This document shows positions 10,401 to 20,613 of a stretch of DNA of 64,000 bases, piece by piece. The translations under genes and the position numbers were made by a program. Source of the DNA: Thermoanaerobaculia bacterium (lineage in GTDB: Bacteria > Acidobacteriota > Thermoanaerobaculia > UBA5066 > Gp7-AA6); contig JBBSGZ010000002.1 of the NCBI GenBank assembly GCA_038253555.1, positions 4,224 through 68,223 on the forward strand. Direction: 5' to 3'. Within the stretch, counting starts at the first letter, position 1. Each line of letters opens with the position of its first letter. The notes beneath the pieces are model-generated. The model saw only the letters and a list, made by a program, of their open reading frames with translations, made no database searches and was not told the DNA's origin.

Positions 10401-11442
10401 CGGCGAGCGCCGAGAGAACCAGCGCCGTGAGCCCGGCGAGCCGGAGGAGCGATGCCGGGGACCCGCCGAGCCGGGAACCCAGCCCGGGCGGTTGAACGAG
10501 CTGCGCCGCGAGGAGCGCGAGCACGAAAAGCGCATAGGCGCCGACCCATCGGACCTGACGCCGCGGCGCCCGAGTCCCTTCGCGGAGCATCGCGAGCGAT
10601 CGCGGCAACAGGACGAGCCCGGCCCCGAAGAGCCAGGTCCGTGCGGAACCGGTCACGCGGGACGCGTCCGAGATCGCGATCTCCGCCGCCAGAAAAAGGA
10701 GAAGGAGGGCGGTCCCCACCCGCTCCGGGTCGTCGCCCCGCCCGATTAAGAACAGCGCGGCCGCGGCGGCGAGCGCCAGCGCCAGGCGCCGGCCGCGGAC
10801 CGGCGGAGCCAGGCCGCCTCCGGCGCGTTCGAGGACCAGGAGCGGCAGCCCGCCGGCGTCGGTCAGCACCGCCCCCGCCGCGCCCGCCCGCGGGGCCCCC
10901 GGCGCCCATTGCTCGGAGGCGCCTCGGACTCCGAGCGCGCGCGCGAAGTCGGGCGACTCGACGGGAAGCGTGCGGGCGCAATAGACGATCCCGGGCTGCG
11001 GCTCCCCGGGTAGGGACACACGCACGATCAGCGCGAGCTTCGTCGCGGACCAGCGGGCGCCGAGGCCGTCGCGGGCCTGGAACCCGGCGAGCGTCGCGGG
11101 CGCGTCTCCCCACCACGCCTGCGCGCCGCCGGCCGAGTCGGTCAACGCGATCCACGTTCCGATTGGCGCGTTCTCGACGGCCTGCCGTGCAGCCGAGAAG
11201 AGTGTCAGACGGTCGATCGCGACCCCGCCGCCCTGGAGAGAGCGCGAGACGTCGGGCCGCGCTCCGAACGCGACTGCGCACCTCGAGAGCGAGGCGGCTT
11301 CCTCCCGCAAGGCGTTCTGGAGCGCGCGGGGCGGCCGCGCCTCCGAGCTCTCGCCCCCACCGGGAACCCACCCGTCGGCGAACGCGAGCGCGAGAGCGCC
11401 GATCGCCGCCGCCGCGAACACCGCCCGCCGGCCGGCGATCAC
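7492..11442 (-). CDS. NtrY-like sensor histidine kinase: large multi-TM N-terminal sensor region, HAMP, PAS, HisKA, HATPase
   Basis: [18 protein letters not shown] (H-box); GNAVEAL...DTGPGV...[19 protein letters not shown] (N/G boxes). Many hydrophobic helices in the first about 450 aa. GTG start overlaps the hutU stop (GTGA). Confidence 0.8.
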   Translation of the reverse strand: MIAGRRAVFAAAAIGALALAFADGWVPGGGESSEARPPRALQNALREEAASLSRCAVAFGARPDVSRSLQGGGVAIDRLTLFSAARQAVENAPIGTWIALTDSAGGAQAWWGDAPATLAGFQARDGLGARWSATKLALIVRVSLPGEPQPGIVYCARTLPVESPDFARALGVRGASEQWAPGAPRAGAAGAVLTDAGGLPLLVLERAGGGLAPPVRGRRLALALAAAAALFLIGRGDDPERVGTALLLLFLAAEIAISDASRVTGSARTWLFGAGLVLLPRSLAMLREGTRAPRRQVRWVGAYALFVLALLAAQLVQPPGLGSRLGGSPASLLRLAGLTALVLSALAVAGSAARSPLRSRPLGPAIAVTAAALAGGLALVSAAPGFLVAAVAAAGASFHLWTRAIAEVRGRGTLAGPRLVGGAALLVVLAASLLSEHARAVSHMRRAASIRIPDPARASADAAFAAERAVERVRRFDLEKGLPAPVSATDLSDLAYRIWKNGERSTGPPAVSSYEVFDAAGRAVSKFSLIPEPEFGRQTRGGPVRIDRFDLAIVRRDVDLSAGGRRWGTVVVRVADWPEWEPLPPRIEFYRRVVLGIREEGGSDRDTPPRALLGTYARDGSRRDEGPLLPTSLLEAVRASDHAVPVHLSFAGSDLWGEARPIPDGYRLVAVPGPDFLGRLLTAALLLPGIALLSGISALLFLWRVVAARRSGQETFPAGPRTFRGRLVALFLLVVMIPLMAVTFFLRTTIVARSVRDTLDHARTGLETARKVLDDYLPSASSGHGNLVALDDEILAWLANAVDYDLSVYAPDSTLLATSRRDLYSAGLVPDRVPASAFAAIGLSGSGQQTGSRPVSGSRLEEITTNLTSVPGAPGVRSPALLSILLLPQQRVAEAEAAQFTAAVSAFSLLVFLFSALVASRLAVRVARPVADLVAGTRAVAAGDFAPRLTEPPDEELRELVRAFLSMSRSLKEHTEALSAEKERLATLLAHLTAGVVAYRENGTVVLANPAAAGLGGGRAEGRTLEEVFPGRSMAVVRSVLSDDSVSLSSVEIEPRPGERWRIVTVPLPLGGEGTRMAVLEDVSDVVRSNRLAAWAEMARIIAHEIKNPLTPIRLSVEHLREVWRRGSGNFEAVLDECVANVLKQTEELRRSASEFSDYARLPAPEIQPTDVSRLAAESAAAYAGAKGIEWDLRIEPGITANADPRLLGRVFSNLIGNAVEALGGKPGTIRVAARPMDGHAEIAVEDTGPGVVAEILPRLFDPYFSAKSGGTGLGLAIAKKIVEEHGGKIHAENRPEGGFRVSFDLPLLEAAEVPA

Positions 11443-13121
11443 CGGGAAGGGGGCGCTCCGGGGACGGATGGGAGATCGATTCCGCGCTCACGGGCGGCGG
11501 TGATGGCCTCCGGATATCCGGCGTCCGCATGGCGCATCACGCCCGTTCCCGGATCTGCCCTGAGAACGCGCCTCAGCCGCCGGGCCGCGTCCCCAGTCCC
11601 GTCCGCGACGACCACCATGCCGGCGTGAATGGAGTTGCCGATCCCGACGCCGCCCCCGTGATGCACGGAGACCCAGGTCGCGCCGCATGCCGTATTGAGC
11701 AGCGCATTCAAGATCGGCCAGTCCGCGATCGCGTCGGAGCCGTCGCGCATCCCCTCGGTCTCACGATTTGGTGACGCGACGGACCCGGCGTCGAGATGAT
11801 CGCGTCCGATCACGATCGGAGCCTGAACCCGGCCGTCCGCGACGAGCTGGTTGAAAGCGAGCCCGGCCCGGTCCCGCTCTCCGTAGCCAAGCCAGCAGAT
11901 CCGCGCCGGCAATCCCTGGAACGCGACCCGCTCCTGCGCCAGCTTCAGCCACCTGGCGAGGGCCGCATTCTCCGGGAAGAGCTCGAGGAGCGCCCGGTCC
12001 GTTGCCAGGATGTCTTCCGGGTCGCCCGAGAGCGCCGCCCACCGGAACGGTCCCTTTCCGTCGCAGAAAAGCGGGCGGATGTAGCGAGGCACGAATCCGG
12101 GGATGTCGAAAGCGTCGGCCACGCCCCCCTTGCGCGCCTGGCCGCGAAGGTTGTTTCCGTAGTCGAAAACGACGGCGCCGCGCCGCTGGAGCTCCAGCAA
12201 TGCCCGGACGTGGCGGGCCATCGTTTCGTAGGATCGTCGGACGTACTCGGCGGGATCCGCCTCGCGCAGGCGCGCAACGTCCTCGTCGGGACGCGCCTCG
12301 GGAACGTACCCCGCCAGCTCGTCGTGAGCGGACGTCTGATCCGTGACCAGGTCCGGCAGGATGCCTCGCCGGAGCAGCCGTTCCAGGAGCTCGACGGCGT
12401 TCGCGCGCACGCCGATCGAGATCGCCTCTCCCCTTTCCCGGGCGCCGATCGCGCGGTCGATGGCGGAGTCGATCGTCGTTTCGCGGACATCCAGGTAGCG
12501 CGTGCGCAGGCGCCGCTCGATGCGCTCGGGATCGACTTCCGCGACGAGCGCCACCGCGCCGTTCATCGTGGCGGCGAGCGGCTGGGCTCCCCCCATCCCC
12601 CCCAGCCCCGCGGTGACGACGAGCCGGCCGCGAAGATCTCCTCCGAACTCGCGCTCGCCCGCCGCGGCAAACGTCTCGAATGTCCCCTGGAGGATCCCCT
12701 GGCTGCCGATGTAGATCCAGGAGCCGGCCGTCATCTGGCCGTACATGGTGAGCCCCAGCCCTTCGAGCCGCCGGAACTCGTCGCCTGTCGCCCACGCGGG
12801 CACGAGAAGGGAGTTGGCGATCAGGACCCGGGGCGCGTCGGTGTGGGTCTCGAAGACGCCCACGGGCTTGCCGGATTGCACGAGCAGGGTCTCGTCCCCG
12901 CGCAGGCGGCGCAGGGTATCGACGATGCGGTCGTATGCCTCCCAGCTGCGCGCCGCCTTGCCGGTGCCCCCGTAGACGATCAGCTCGTCCGGCTTTTCCG
13001 CAACTTCGGGATCGAGGTTGTTCTCGAGCATCCGGAGGGCCGCTTCCTGCTGCCATCCGCCGCACCGCAGCGTCGTTCCCCTGCCGGCGCGAATCGTTCG
13101 AGGGGCATTCGAAGCGGGCAC
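11439..13121 (-). CDS. hutU: urocanate hydratase
   Basis: [32 protein letters not shown]...[12 protein letters not shown]...[16 protein letters not shown]...[12 protein letters not shown] is colinear with HutU. Start is approximately the GTG near 13121; the upstream 5' of the ORF is extension. Confidence 0.85.
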   Translation of the reverse strand: MPASNAPRTIRAGRGTTLRCGGWQQEAALRMLENNLDPEVAEKPDELIVYGGTGKAARSWEAYDRIVDTLRRLRGDETLLVQSGKPVGVFETHTDAPRVLIANSLLVPAWATGDEFRRLEGLGLTMYGQMTAGSWIYIGSQGILQGTFETFAAAGEREFGGDLRGRLVVTAGLGGMGGAQPLAATMNGAVALVAEVDPERIERRLRTRYLDVRETTIDSAIDRAIGARERGEAISIGVRANAVELLERLLRRGILPDLVTDQTSAHDELAGYVPEARPDEDVARLREADPAEYVRRSYETMARHVRALLELQRRGAVVFDYGNNLRGQARKGGVADAFDIPGFVPRYIRPLFCDGKGPFRWAALSGDPEDILATDRALLELFPENAALARWLKLAQERVAFQGLPARICWLGYGERDRAGLAFNQLVADGRVQAPIVIGRDHLDAGSVASPNRETEGMRDGSDAIADWPILNALLNTACGATWVSVHHGGGVGIGNSIHAGMVVVADGTGDAARRLRRVLRADPGTGVMRHADAGYPEAITAARERGIDLPSVPGAPPSR

Positions 13122-13138
13122 GGCGAAATAGTATCGGA

Positions 13139-14656
13139 CTACTCCAGCCGGGCGGCCAGGCGCTCCATGGGCGCGCCGGCCAGGAACCGACGGGAAGCTT
13201 CCAGGTCCGGCGCGAGCAGACGGTCCCCGTCCCAGGGGGAGACGACTTCCCGGAACGCCGTCCTCAGCCGCTCGAGCGGCTTCGAGGAGCGGAGCGGGCG
13301 GAGAAACTCCATCGCCTGAAACGCGGCGAGAACTTCGATACCGAGGACGCGCTCGAGATTGTCGACGACGGCGGCGAACTTCCGGGCGGCGATCGGCGAC
13401 ATCGAGACGTGGTCCTCCTTGTCGGCAGAGGTGGGGATCGAGTCGACGGAGGCCGGGTGCGACAGGATCTTCGACTCGGAAACGAGAGCGGCGGCCGTCA
13501 CCTGGGCCATCATCAGTCCCGAGTTCAGCCCGCCCTCGGCCACCAGAAATGCGGGCAGATCCGAAAGGGCCGGATTCAGCAGCTTCTCGATCCGCCGTTC
13601 GGAGATCGAGGCGAGATCCGTGGCGGCGATCGCCGCGTAGTCGAGCACCAATCCCACGGGAGCTCCGTGGAAGTTTCCACCCGAAATGATCTCGCCGCCT
13701 TCCGCGAACACCAGCGGGTTGTCGGTGGCGCTGTTCATTTCGCGCTCGAGCACGTCCCGGGCGTGCGCGAACGCGTCCCGCGCGGCGCCATGCACCTGGG
13801 GCATGCAGCGGAGCGAATAATTGTCCTGCACGCGGCCGCAGCCCCGGTGCGACTCCCGGATGGCGCTGCCCCCCAGCAGCGTCTTCAAGTTGCGCGCGGA
13901 CGCGATCGCGCCGGGGTGCGGGCGGACGGACGTGACCCGGGAATCGAACGCGGCGTCGGATCCCCTGGCCGCGTCGAGCGTCGCCGCCCCGGCGACGTCG
14001 GCGATGCGCGTCAGCGCCAGGGCGCGCTGGAGCGCGAGCCCTCCGACCGCGACGGACATCTGGACGCCGTTGATGAGCGCCAGGCCCTCCTTCGCCCGCA
14101 GGGTCACGGGCTCGAGGCCCGCGCGCTCGAGGGCGCGCCGCGCCGGCAGCTGGCGTCCGCCGACCCGCACGCGGCCTTCTCCCATCAGGCCCAGAGCGAG
14201 ATGCGCCAGCGGAGCCAGATCCCCCGACGCCCCGACGGATCCGCGGGCTGGTACGACGGGGAGGATGTCGGCGGCGAGCATCGCAAGAAGAGCTTCGACA
14301 GTCGAGGTCCGCACGCCCGAGCATCCTTTCGCGAGGGCATTGACGCGCAGGGCGATCATCACCCGGACGACCTCGTCGGGCAGTGGCTCGCCCACGCCCG
14401 CGCAGTGACTGCGCACCAGGTTCCTCTGGAGCTTCTCGAGGTCTTCGCGCGGCACGGCCACGTCGGCGAATTTCCCGAACCCGGTCGTCAGTCCGTACGC
14501 GCGCTCGTTGCGGGCGACCGCGCCTTCGACGATCCGCCGGGAAGCCGCGATCGCACGGCGTGCGGCGTTGGCCAGAACCACGCGCACGCGTCGGCCCGCG
14601 ATTTCGGGAAGGTCGGAGAGGCGCATATCGGAACCGGACAGCGACAGGGGTTTCAT
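13139..14656 (-). CDS. hutH: histidine ammonia-lyase
   Basis: MIO-forming [14 protein letters not shown] motif, YGLTTGFG and NPLV motifs. ATG at 14656 ([16 protein letters not shown]). Confidence 0.9.
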   Translation of the reverse strand: MKPLSLSGSDMRLSDLPEIAGRRVRVVLANAARRAIAASRRIVEGAVARNERAYGLTTGFGKFADVAVPREDLEKLQRNLVRSHCAGVGEPLPDEVVRVMIALRVNALAKGCSGVRTSTVEALLAMLAADILPVVPARGSVGASGDLAPLAHLALGLMGEGRVRVGGRQLPARRALERAGLEPVTLRAKEGLALINGVQMSVAVGGLALQRALALTRIADVAGAATLDAARGSDAAFDSRVTSVRPHPGAIASARNLKTLLGGSAIRESHRGCGRVQDNYSLRCMPQVHGAARDAFAHARDVLEREMNSATDNPLVFAEGGEIISGGNFHGAPVGLVLDYAAIAATDLASISERRIEKLLNPALSDLPAFLVAEGGLNSGLMMAQVTAAALVSESKILSHPASVDSIPTSADKEDHVSMSPIAARKFAAVVDNLERVLGIEVLAAFQAMEFLRPLRSSKPLERLRTAFREVVSPWDGDRLLAPDLEASRRFLAGAPMERLAARLE

Positions 14657-14820
14657 GCCGCCCGCGATTGTAGGAGCTTTCGCCGGATCGACCGACCGCG
14701 TTGGCGCTCCGGCCCGGGAAATCGCGCCCCGCGCGCCGCGCCGGCCCTCTTTGAATGGTACCCTGCCTCGTTTTTCACACATCGTCCGCTTGCGCCCCCG
14801 GCGCGAAGGAGAGCTTTGCG

Positions 14821-16128
14821 GTGAAGGTCGTCGCGATCCTCGGAGGCCAGTGGGGAGACGAAGGGAAGGGGAAGATCATCGACCTTCTCTCCGACCGCTT
14901 CGACGTCGTCGCCAGGTACCACGGGGGACATAACGCCGGCCACACGGTGAAGTTCGGAGACCGGCACTTCGCCCTGCACCTCCTTCCCGCCGGCGCGGTG
15001 CGCGGCCGGATCGGCGTCATCGGCCCGGGTGTCGTCGTCGACCCCGACGCTCTCCTGTCGGAAATCGCGACCGTGCGGGAGCAGGGCGTCGAAATCGGCG
15101 ACAACCTCCTGCTGTCCGACCGCGCGCAGGTGATCCTCCCGTGGCACCGCCTGCTCGATGCCGCGCGGGAATCCGCGGCGGGAGACGCGAAGATTGGAAC
15201 GACGCTGCGCGGAATCGGTCCCTCCTACGAGTCCGCGGCGGCCCGCAAGGGCATCCGCGTCGCGGAGCTTTACCGTCCCGAGACCCTCCGCGCGCGCGTC
15301 GAGGCGCTGGCCGCCGAAACCGGAGGCCTTCTCCGATCTCTCGGCTGCGCCGACATCCCGGAAACGAGCGCCGTCGTCGACTCTCTCGGCCGCTCCGCCG
15401 AGGCGTTGAAGCCGCACGTGCGCGATACCGGACGCTACCTGCGCGACCATCTTTCCCGCGGGGGCACGCTGCTCGCGGAGGGCGCGCACGGCGCGATGCT
15501 CGACCTCTCGGCGGGAACGTACCCGTTCGTGACGTCCTCGACGTGCACGTCCGGGGGCGTCGCCGCCGGGCTGCACATCTCGCCCCGGGCGCTCGACGGC
15601 TCGCTCGTCGTTCTGAAGGCCTATACGACCCGGGTCGGGTCCGGCCCGTTTCCGACGGAGCTGAAGGACGCGACCGGCGAGTTCCTGCGGGCACGCGGGA
15701 ACGAATACGGGACCTCGACCGGCCGCCCCCGCCGGACCGGCTGGTTCGACGCGGTGGTCGCGCGCACGGCCGTCGAGCTCTCGGGCGCCGCCGCCGTCGC
15801 CATAACGAAGCTCGACGTGCTCGACGAACTCGCCGAAATCCCCGTATGCGTCGGCTACCGGCTCGACGGGCGGGAGCTCTACGACGTCCCTCCTCTCGTC
15901 GAAGACCTCGACCGCGTCGAGCCCGTGTACGAAACGGTCCCGGGATGGCAGACGAAAACGACCGCCGCGACGCGCCCCGGGGACCTGCCGGCCGCGGCGC
16001 ACCGGTACGTGCGTTACCTCGAGGAACGGATCGGCGCGCCGGCTGTGTTTCTCTCGACCGGTCCCCGGCGGGAAGAAACGGTCTGGTGCCTCGACAGCGA
16101 GTTCTTAAAGGCCCTGCCGGGCACCTGA
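14821..16128 (+). CDS. purA: adenylosuccinate synthetase
   Basis: GGQWGDEGKGKI P-loop, GTTLRGIGPSYE, GxxTGRPRRTGWFD motifs. GTG start at 14821 (VKVVAILGG). Confidence 0.9.
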   Translation: MKVVAILGGQWGDEGKGKIIDLLSDRFDVVARYHGGHNAGHTVKFGDRHFALHLLPAGAVRGRIGVIGPGVVVDPDALLSEIATVREQGVEIGDNLLLSDRAQVILPWHRLLDAARESAAGDAKIGTTLRGIGPSYESAAARKGIRVAELYRPETLRARVEALAAETGGLLRSLGCADIPETSAVVDSLGRSAEALKPHVRDTGRYLRDHLSRGGTLLAEGAHGAMLDLSAGTYPFVTSSTCTSGGVAAGLHISPRALDGSLVVLKAYTTRVGSGPFPTELKDATGEFLRARGNEYGTSTGRPRRTGWFDAVVARTAVELSGAAAVAITKLDVLDELAEIPVCVGYRLDGRELYDVPPLVEDLDRVEPVYETVPGWQTKTTAATRPGDLPAAAHRYVRYLEERIGAPAVFLSTGPRREETVWCLDSEFLKALPGT

Positions 16129-16168
16129 TCCGGAACATCCCTTGCAGACGGGCGAGCGGAGGCTCCAG

Positions 16169-16495
16169 ATGAATACACGCTCGAGGGTCCGTCTCTCCGC
16201 GCTTTTTTTGCCCGCAGTCGCCCTCCTCGCCGGGGTCCTGCTCATCGGCCAGGCCGCCTGCTCGTCTTCCACACCGAGAGGAGGATCTCCGACCGGTGGG
16301 ACCACGGGGACGACCGGGACGACCGGCACGGCGGGAACCACCGGGACCGGCGGATCTACTGATTCTGGAACCGGCGGCCGGTACACCGTGACGCCGGCGG
16401 GCGGGACGAGCAGCCCCGGCTATCGCGCAACGCCCGGCAACACCACGCCGGACCGCGACCGCACGCCTTCCGCCACGCAGCCCGCGTCCCGCTGA
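16169..16495 (+). CDS. small secreted/lipoprotein-like Gly/Thr-rich protein
   Basis: Signal peptide MNTRSRVRLSALFLPAVALLAGVLLIGQAAC followed by GTTGTTGTTGTAGTTGTGG low complexity. Confidence 0.45.
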   Translation: MNTRSRVRLSALFLPAVALLAGVLLIGQAACSSSTPRGGSPTGGTTGTTGTTGTAGTTGTGGSTDSGTGGRYTVTPAGGTSSPGYRATPGNTTPDRDRTPSATQPASR

Positions 16496-16545
16496 ACTGC
16501 GCTCGCCGTCGAGGTCCCCGCTCCGCGCCTCATGGGTAGAATCGG

Positions 16546-16929
16546 GTGGAGCTCGCCATGCTTTTTCCAGAGTCCCCCGATTGGCCCGCCCCGGCCTTGG
16601 ACTGCCGGACCTGCGGAGCCTGCTGCGCGTCCCCCTGGACGGGAAACGGCTACGTGGCGCTGGACGATGAGGAGTTGCGCCTTCGCCGGGTGGGAGTCCT
16701 CACGGTGACCTTGCGATACGGCGGCCCGACGGGCTTCGGACAGCTCGTCGAGAAACTCGGAACGGTGCGGGACGAGGCAGGCCGGTTCGTCTGCGCCGAG
16801 TTCGATGGCCGGATCGCCGGACCGTCTCGCTGCCGGATTTACGAGGACCGCCCGCTGCCCTGCCGCCGGCTCGAACCGGCAAGCGCCGCCTGCCTCGACG
16901 CGCGCCGCCGCGCGGGCCTCCCGGATTAA
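16546..16929 (+). CDS. YkgJ-family cysteine-cluster (Zn/Fe-chelating, UPF0153) protein
   Basis: CRTCGACC...C...C cluster typical of PF03692. Confidence 0.6.
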   Translation: MELAMLFPESPDWPAPALDCRTCGACCASPWTGNGYVALDDEELRLRRVGVLTVTLRYGGPTGFGQLVEKLGTVRDEAGRFVCAEFDGRIAGPSRCRIYEDRPLPCRRLEPASAACLDARRRAGLPD

Positions 16930-16994
16930 CGCGGCCGCCCGCCTGCCGTCCAGAGCCCCGTTCCAGGGCCCATGCTGAGGAGTCGAGAGGATCT

Positions 16995-17022
16995 TTGGTG
17001 GGCCGTCTGGGACTCGAACCCA
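16995..17022. repeat. 28-bp direct repeat (att, distal copy) identical to the 3' end of tRNA-Lys
   Basis: ttggtgggccgtctgggactcgaaccca occurs at 16995-17022 and again at 20374-20401. Confidence 0.85.
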
Positions 17023-17024
17023 AC

Positions 17025-18242
17025 CTATTTCTCCGAAACGCTCGGAAAAACCGCCACTCTTTCTGCGCCGACGACTCGTTTTTCTGCCGCCGCTTCCCGC
17101 TTCGCCGCCAGGTAGAGCTCGACCTTCTCGGAGGCCGCGTGAGCCCGCTCCGGCCGCTGCTTGAGGTATCGCAGCATCATCGCGTCGGTCTTGTGTCCGC
17201 TGCGGTCCTTGATCTCCGCGTGCGACAGCCCGGCGTCATTCATCAGCCCGACCGCGGTGCTCTTCACCGTGTAGATCGTGAAACCTCCGTCGCGTCCATA
17301 GGCGAGCCCCATTTCCGCGCATGCGCCGGCGAACAGGGCCCGGTCCTTCTCGTCGCGCATGTGCCGGCCGCTGCGGTGGAAGATCAGGTCGCAACCGAGC
17401 CGACGAGCGGCGAGCCGGCGCTCGATGATCTCCCGTAACGCGCCGGAGAGCCCGATCATGACGGCGTTGCCCTTCTTCTCGGGCCGGATCTTGAGCGTCC
17501 AGGTCTCCGAGTCGAATTGCGACCACGTCAGGTTCCGGAGCCCTTCCGGCCGACGCGCCGTCAGACTCATGAACTCCACGAGGTCCGGGAGCGGGTCTCC
17601 GGTCTTGAGCTTGCGGAGCCGCGAGACAAGCTCCCCGACGCGCTCGGGCGGAAATTCGATCTCCGAGACGTTGTCGATCTCGGGTAGCTCGATGTAGGGC
17701 GCGAACGCGATCGCCTTGCGCTGCACCGCGTACCGAAACGCGCGGTTCAAGATCTCGAGCTCGCGGCGGATGCTCGTCGCCCCCGCCTTCGCGCGCTTGA
17801 GCGTGCCGTCGCCCTTCCGCCGACGCTCCCGGTACTGGTCAACGTGCTCCGGCCGGAACTCCACCGCCCGGATCGGACCGAGCAGCGCCTTCAACGTCCC
17901 GGTTCGATACCGAATCTCGCAGACGCTCGCGAGCTTCTCCGCCTCGCAGCGGCGGAGGTTCGCATCGAGGAGGTCCGCGACCGTCACGCGCTCGAGCTTC
18001 GGAGTCGCGAGCGGAGCGATCCCCTCCCCCGCATTGTCCCGGCTGCGCGTCAGGCGCTTCAATTCCCGCTTCGCGTCGGCCAGGTCCTCCGTCTTCGCCG
18101 AGACGAGGATCTCCTTCCGCTCGGCGCGGTAGCTGATGTACAGGTGCTTGCTCACCTTCTTCTTCGTCTCGGAGTCCACGAAAAAGAAGATCGTGCCCTC
18201 GCCGGTATCCCCCGACCACTCGACCTGACGGATCCGTTTCAT
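17025..18242 (-). CDS. int: tyrosine-type site-specific recombinase/integrase
   Basis: C-terminal catalytic region (...HRSGRHMRD..., ...SGHKTDAMMLRYLK with the Tyr nucleophile). Adjacent to a tRNA-derived direct repeat. Start chosen at MKRIRQVEW (18242). Confidence 0.8.
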   Translation of the reverse strand: MKRIRQVEWSGDTGEGTIFFFVDSETKKKVSKHLYISYRAERKEILVSAKTEDLADAKRELKRLTRSRDNAGEGIAPLATPKLERVTVADLLDANLRRCEAEKLASVCEIRYRTGTLKALLGPIRAVEFRPEHVDQYRERRRKGDGTLKRAKAGATSIRRELEILNRAFRYAVQRKAIAFAPYIELPEIDNVSEIEFPPERVGELVSRLRKLKTGDPLPDLVEFMSLTARRPEGLRNLTWSQFDSETWTLKIRPEKKGNAVMIGLSGALREIIERRLAARRLGCDLIFHRSGRHMRDEKDRALFAGACAEMGLAYGRDGGFTIYTVKSTAVGLMNDAGLSHAEIKDRSGHKTDAMMLRYLKQRPERAHAASEKVELYLAAKREAAAEKRVVGAERVAVFPSVSEK

Positions 18243-18601
18243 GATTTCGCTCCCTTCTTCGCCGTCCGCGGCCGGCCCGCACGCTTGGGCTCGATCGGCT
18301 GCTTCGACCCGAGATAGTCCCGAATCGCGACGTTGACGAGATAGGTCAGCGCCACCGATATCCTTTTCGCGTTTGCGGACCTGGCGGCCTAACTTCCGCT
18401 CGAGTCGTTCAAGGTCACAGGTGTCTTCGGGCGGGGGGATCCAACGGACGATTTTCCGCGGGCCGGTCAGCGGAGCCATGCGAGTCCCCTGCACTCTCCC
18501 CGCGAGAAGTAGAGCAGGCGGAGAGCGGCGCGGGGGGCCGCGGTTCGGTCGGAGGGAGCTACCCGCCGCCTATCCGCCCACCGATGACTCTACGCTCGCG
18601 G

Positions 18602-18832
18602 TCAAGCGTTCAGGTCCGCCCGCCCTTTGAGCAGCCGGACCATGCGCTCCGCCTCTTCCTTAGCCAGTAGAAACCGTTCGCTGTCGAACCGGCCATCGGT
18701 CGCCCGCACCAGCGCCGCCAGGGCGCGATAGGCGAGCCAGAGATCGGAGCGCGGGACGGAAAGCTGCTCCGGCGTCTCGAGCAGTGGAGAAGAGGAGACG
18801 CACGCCGCGCCGCGCTTGCCTGGCACCCGCAT
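18602..18832 (-). CDS. possible small phage-island protein (76 aa)
   Basis: ORF MRVPGKRGAAC...RFLLAKEEAERMVRLLKGRADLNA whose ATG abuts the terminase stop. No homology recognised. Confidence 0.25.
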   Translation of the reverse strand: MRVPGKRGAACVSSSPLLETPEQLSVPRSDLWLAYRALAALVRATDGRFDSERFLLAKEEAERMVRLLKGRADLNA

Positions 18833-20208
18833 CAAAATCCCCGGAAGCGGTTTCGCCGGTCGCGCTCTTCCGCTTCGGCCTCGTCCATGTCGCGAGCCCA
18901 CTGTCCGCCGTTCTCGTAGAATTTCCCGTCGCGATACCCGCTCTCGTCGACGAGGGAAGTGCCCGCGTATTTCTCGACCCGCAGCGCCACGAAGAATCCC
19001 GCACCGCCCTTCCCGAGCTCCTGGCAGGCGAGCGCGAGACTCATGACTCCGTCATCTGACATACCCGCGGCGCTGCCGTATCGCACCTCCCCGCTTTCGG
19101 AGAGCTCGTACTCCATCGCGTCCATTTCTTCGCGAAGCCAGACGTACTTCTGCGGGATGGAAATCTCCCGCTTCTCGCACGCGACGACGAGACGCTCGAT
19201 CAGTCGCTTCTTGCTCGGGCCCGTAAAGACAAAACCCTCGACGCGCAGCCCGGCCTTCCTGAGCTCCTCGATCACGACGTCGCCGACGCCCGTCGCATCG
19301 ACGACCGCGCGCGAACAGCCGTACCGCGCATAGAGCGCCGCGGCTCGCTCAACCTGGACCGTCCAGGCAACCGCGTTGAACCGGTCGACGTAGGCCACCT
19401 TTCCCGAGCCCACGTCGAGAACGGTCAGGACAGTCCAGTCCTGCTTGCGCGCGAGGTCTGCGCCCATGACGTAGCGGCCTCCCTTGACGGGCGAGCTCCA
19501 TTCCGCGCCCGTGAAAATCTCGTCGAGTCCTCTCAGCAGAGCAGCGTCGGCCTCCGGAATCTCCGCCAGGTAGAGCGCGCGCCACAAACTCTCGGGCATC
19601 TTGTTGCGCATCGACTCGATCAGCTCGGCCGGGACGAAGCCTTCCCCGAGAGTCGGGAAGAGCATGTAATCCTCGGAGGACGTCGCGCGCTCTTCGGGAG
19701 TCATGTGCTTGACCCGGAGCAGGTGTCGAATCGCCCAGTTCTTTGACCCGCGTTCGAGGTTGAACGCGAGTCGGACCTTTCCGTTCGTCGCCGAAATCGT
19801 CGTGAGCGCCGCGGTCAGGGACGCCTCGGTCTGCCGGCTCGCTTCGTCGATCACGACGCGGTGATAGGCGTCGCCGTAGATCGCCTCCGGGTTGTCGCCC
19901 GAATAAAAATCGACCCGGCCGCCGTTCTCGCCGGTGAATTTCAACTCCGCCGCGGCGACGTCCTGGCGCGCGATCGGGACCTCGAGGAAAGTCTTGAGCA
20001 AATCGAAGAGGGAGCGCGATCGCCGGTACCAGGGCCCGACGACGGCGCATCGCTCGCCGGCAAGAAATCCCTGCACGATCCAGAGCGCGAGCCCGACCGT
20101 CTTCCCGGTCTTCGTCCCGGCGCCGACGTACAGGATCCGCGCCGGGCTCTCGATGAGCTTTCGCTGATTCGGCGTCAGCGCCGGGAGGGTGATTTTTACG
20201 GGCGGCAC
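18832..20208 (-). CDS. phage terminase large subunit-like ATPase/nuclease
   Basis: Walker A GAGTKTGKT; Walker B VVIDEAS; C-terminal RNaseH-like acidic residues (GADLA..D, VDATGVGD). GTG start with SD gaaagg. Confidence 0.6.
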   Translation of the reverse strand: MPPVKITLPALTPNQRKLIESPARILYVGAGTKTGKTVGLALWIVQGFLAGERCAVVGPWYRRSRSLFDLLKTFLEVPIARQDVAAAELKFTGENGGRVDFYSGDNPEAIYGDAYHRVVIDEASRQTEASLTAALTTISATNGKVRLAFNLERGSKNWAIRHLLRVKHMTPEERATSSEDYMLFPTLGEGFVPAELIESMRNKMPESLWRALYLAEIPEADAALLRGLDEIFTGAEWSSPVKGGRYVMGADLARKQDWTVLTVLDVGSGKVAYVDRFNAVAWTVQVERAAALYARYGCSRAVVDATGVGDVVIEELRKAGLRVEGFVFTGPSKKRLIERLVVACEKREISIPQKYVWLREEMDAMEYELSESGEVRYGSAAGMSDDGVMSLALACQELGKGGAGFFVALRVEKYAGTSLVDESGYRDGKFYENGGQWARDMDEAEAEERDRRNRFRGF

Positions 20209-20216
20209 GGCTCAGC

Positions 20217-20250
20217 CTTTCTGCGGACTTTCTGCGGGACTTTCTGCGGG
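20217..20250. repeat. three tandem copies of an 11/12-bp unit ctttctgcgg(g)a immediately upstream of the terminase start
   Basis: Read directly: ctttctgcgga ctttctgcggga ctttctgcggg. Confidence 0.8.
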
Positions 20251-20373
20251 CGTGCCACCGGGATTGACCTTTTCGGGTCTGAGCGCCCGCGGCACGCTCG
20301 CGGCGAAAGCCCCCAAATAGGCCGTATTTGCGGCCACTTTCGCGCGCAGCCGGTAACGAGCGGTGAGAAGAGG

Positions 20374-20401
20374 TTGGTGGGCCGTCTGGGACTCGAACCC
20401 A
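20374..20401. repeat. 28-bp direct repeat (att, tRNA-proximal copy)
   Basis: Identical to 16995-17022. Confidence 0.85.
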
Positions 20402-20451
20402 GGACCACCGGCTTAAAAGGCCGATGCTCTAACCGACTGAGCTAACGGCCC
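20375..20451 (-). tRNA. tRNA-Lys (anticodon TTT)
   Basis: Reverse complement folds as a cloverleaf: acceptor GGGCCGT/ACGGCCC, D-arm GCTC-AGTCGGTT-AGAGC, anticodon stem TCGGC/GCCGG with loop CTTTTAA, variable loop TGGTC, T-arm CTGGG-TTCGAGT-CCCAG, discriminator A plus encoded CCA. Confidence 0.85.
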
Positions 20452-20613
20452 GCGTGCGGGGCATCCAGTTTTCGCATCCTACCCGATTTCGTCCAGAGCG
20501 ACGCCCCGGGTCGTCCAAAGACGCTCGTTCCGGATTATGGTTAGGAAAACCCGGCACGTGGCGGCAGACGGATGTGAGATGCGCGTGGGGCAGAGTCCCC
20601 CGGGAGGTGTCGT

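Larger units (their letters stand above)
16995..20401. mobile_element. about 3.4 kb integrated element/prophage remnant in tRNA-Lys (int, small ORF, terL) bounded by 28-bp direct repeats
   Basis: Direct repeats derived from the tRNA 3' end, integrase next to one repeat, phage terminase gene inside. Confidence 0.7.

Noticed and set aside
7492-11442. Splitting the 1316-aa kinase ORF into a separate N-terminal membrane protein plus a conventional NtrY.
   Set aside because: There is no internal stop or frame change, and the composition of the N-terminal 500 aa is membrane-protein-like rather than junk. A single large sensor kinase is the simpler reading, though homologue comparison could overturn it.
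16290-16380. Possible VNTR or CRISPR-like short repeats (accgggacgaccgg...).
   Set aside because: They are in-frame codon repeats encoding the GTTGTTGTTG low-complexity region of the small lipoprotein. There is no spacer/repeat architecture, and no CRISPR array is evident anywhere in the window.
16995-17022. Possible second tRNA gene.
   Set aside because: Only the 3' 27 nt of tRNA-Lys plus one base are present. It is an att direct repeat, not a gene.
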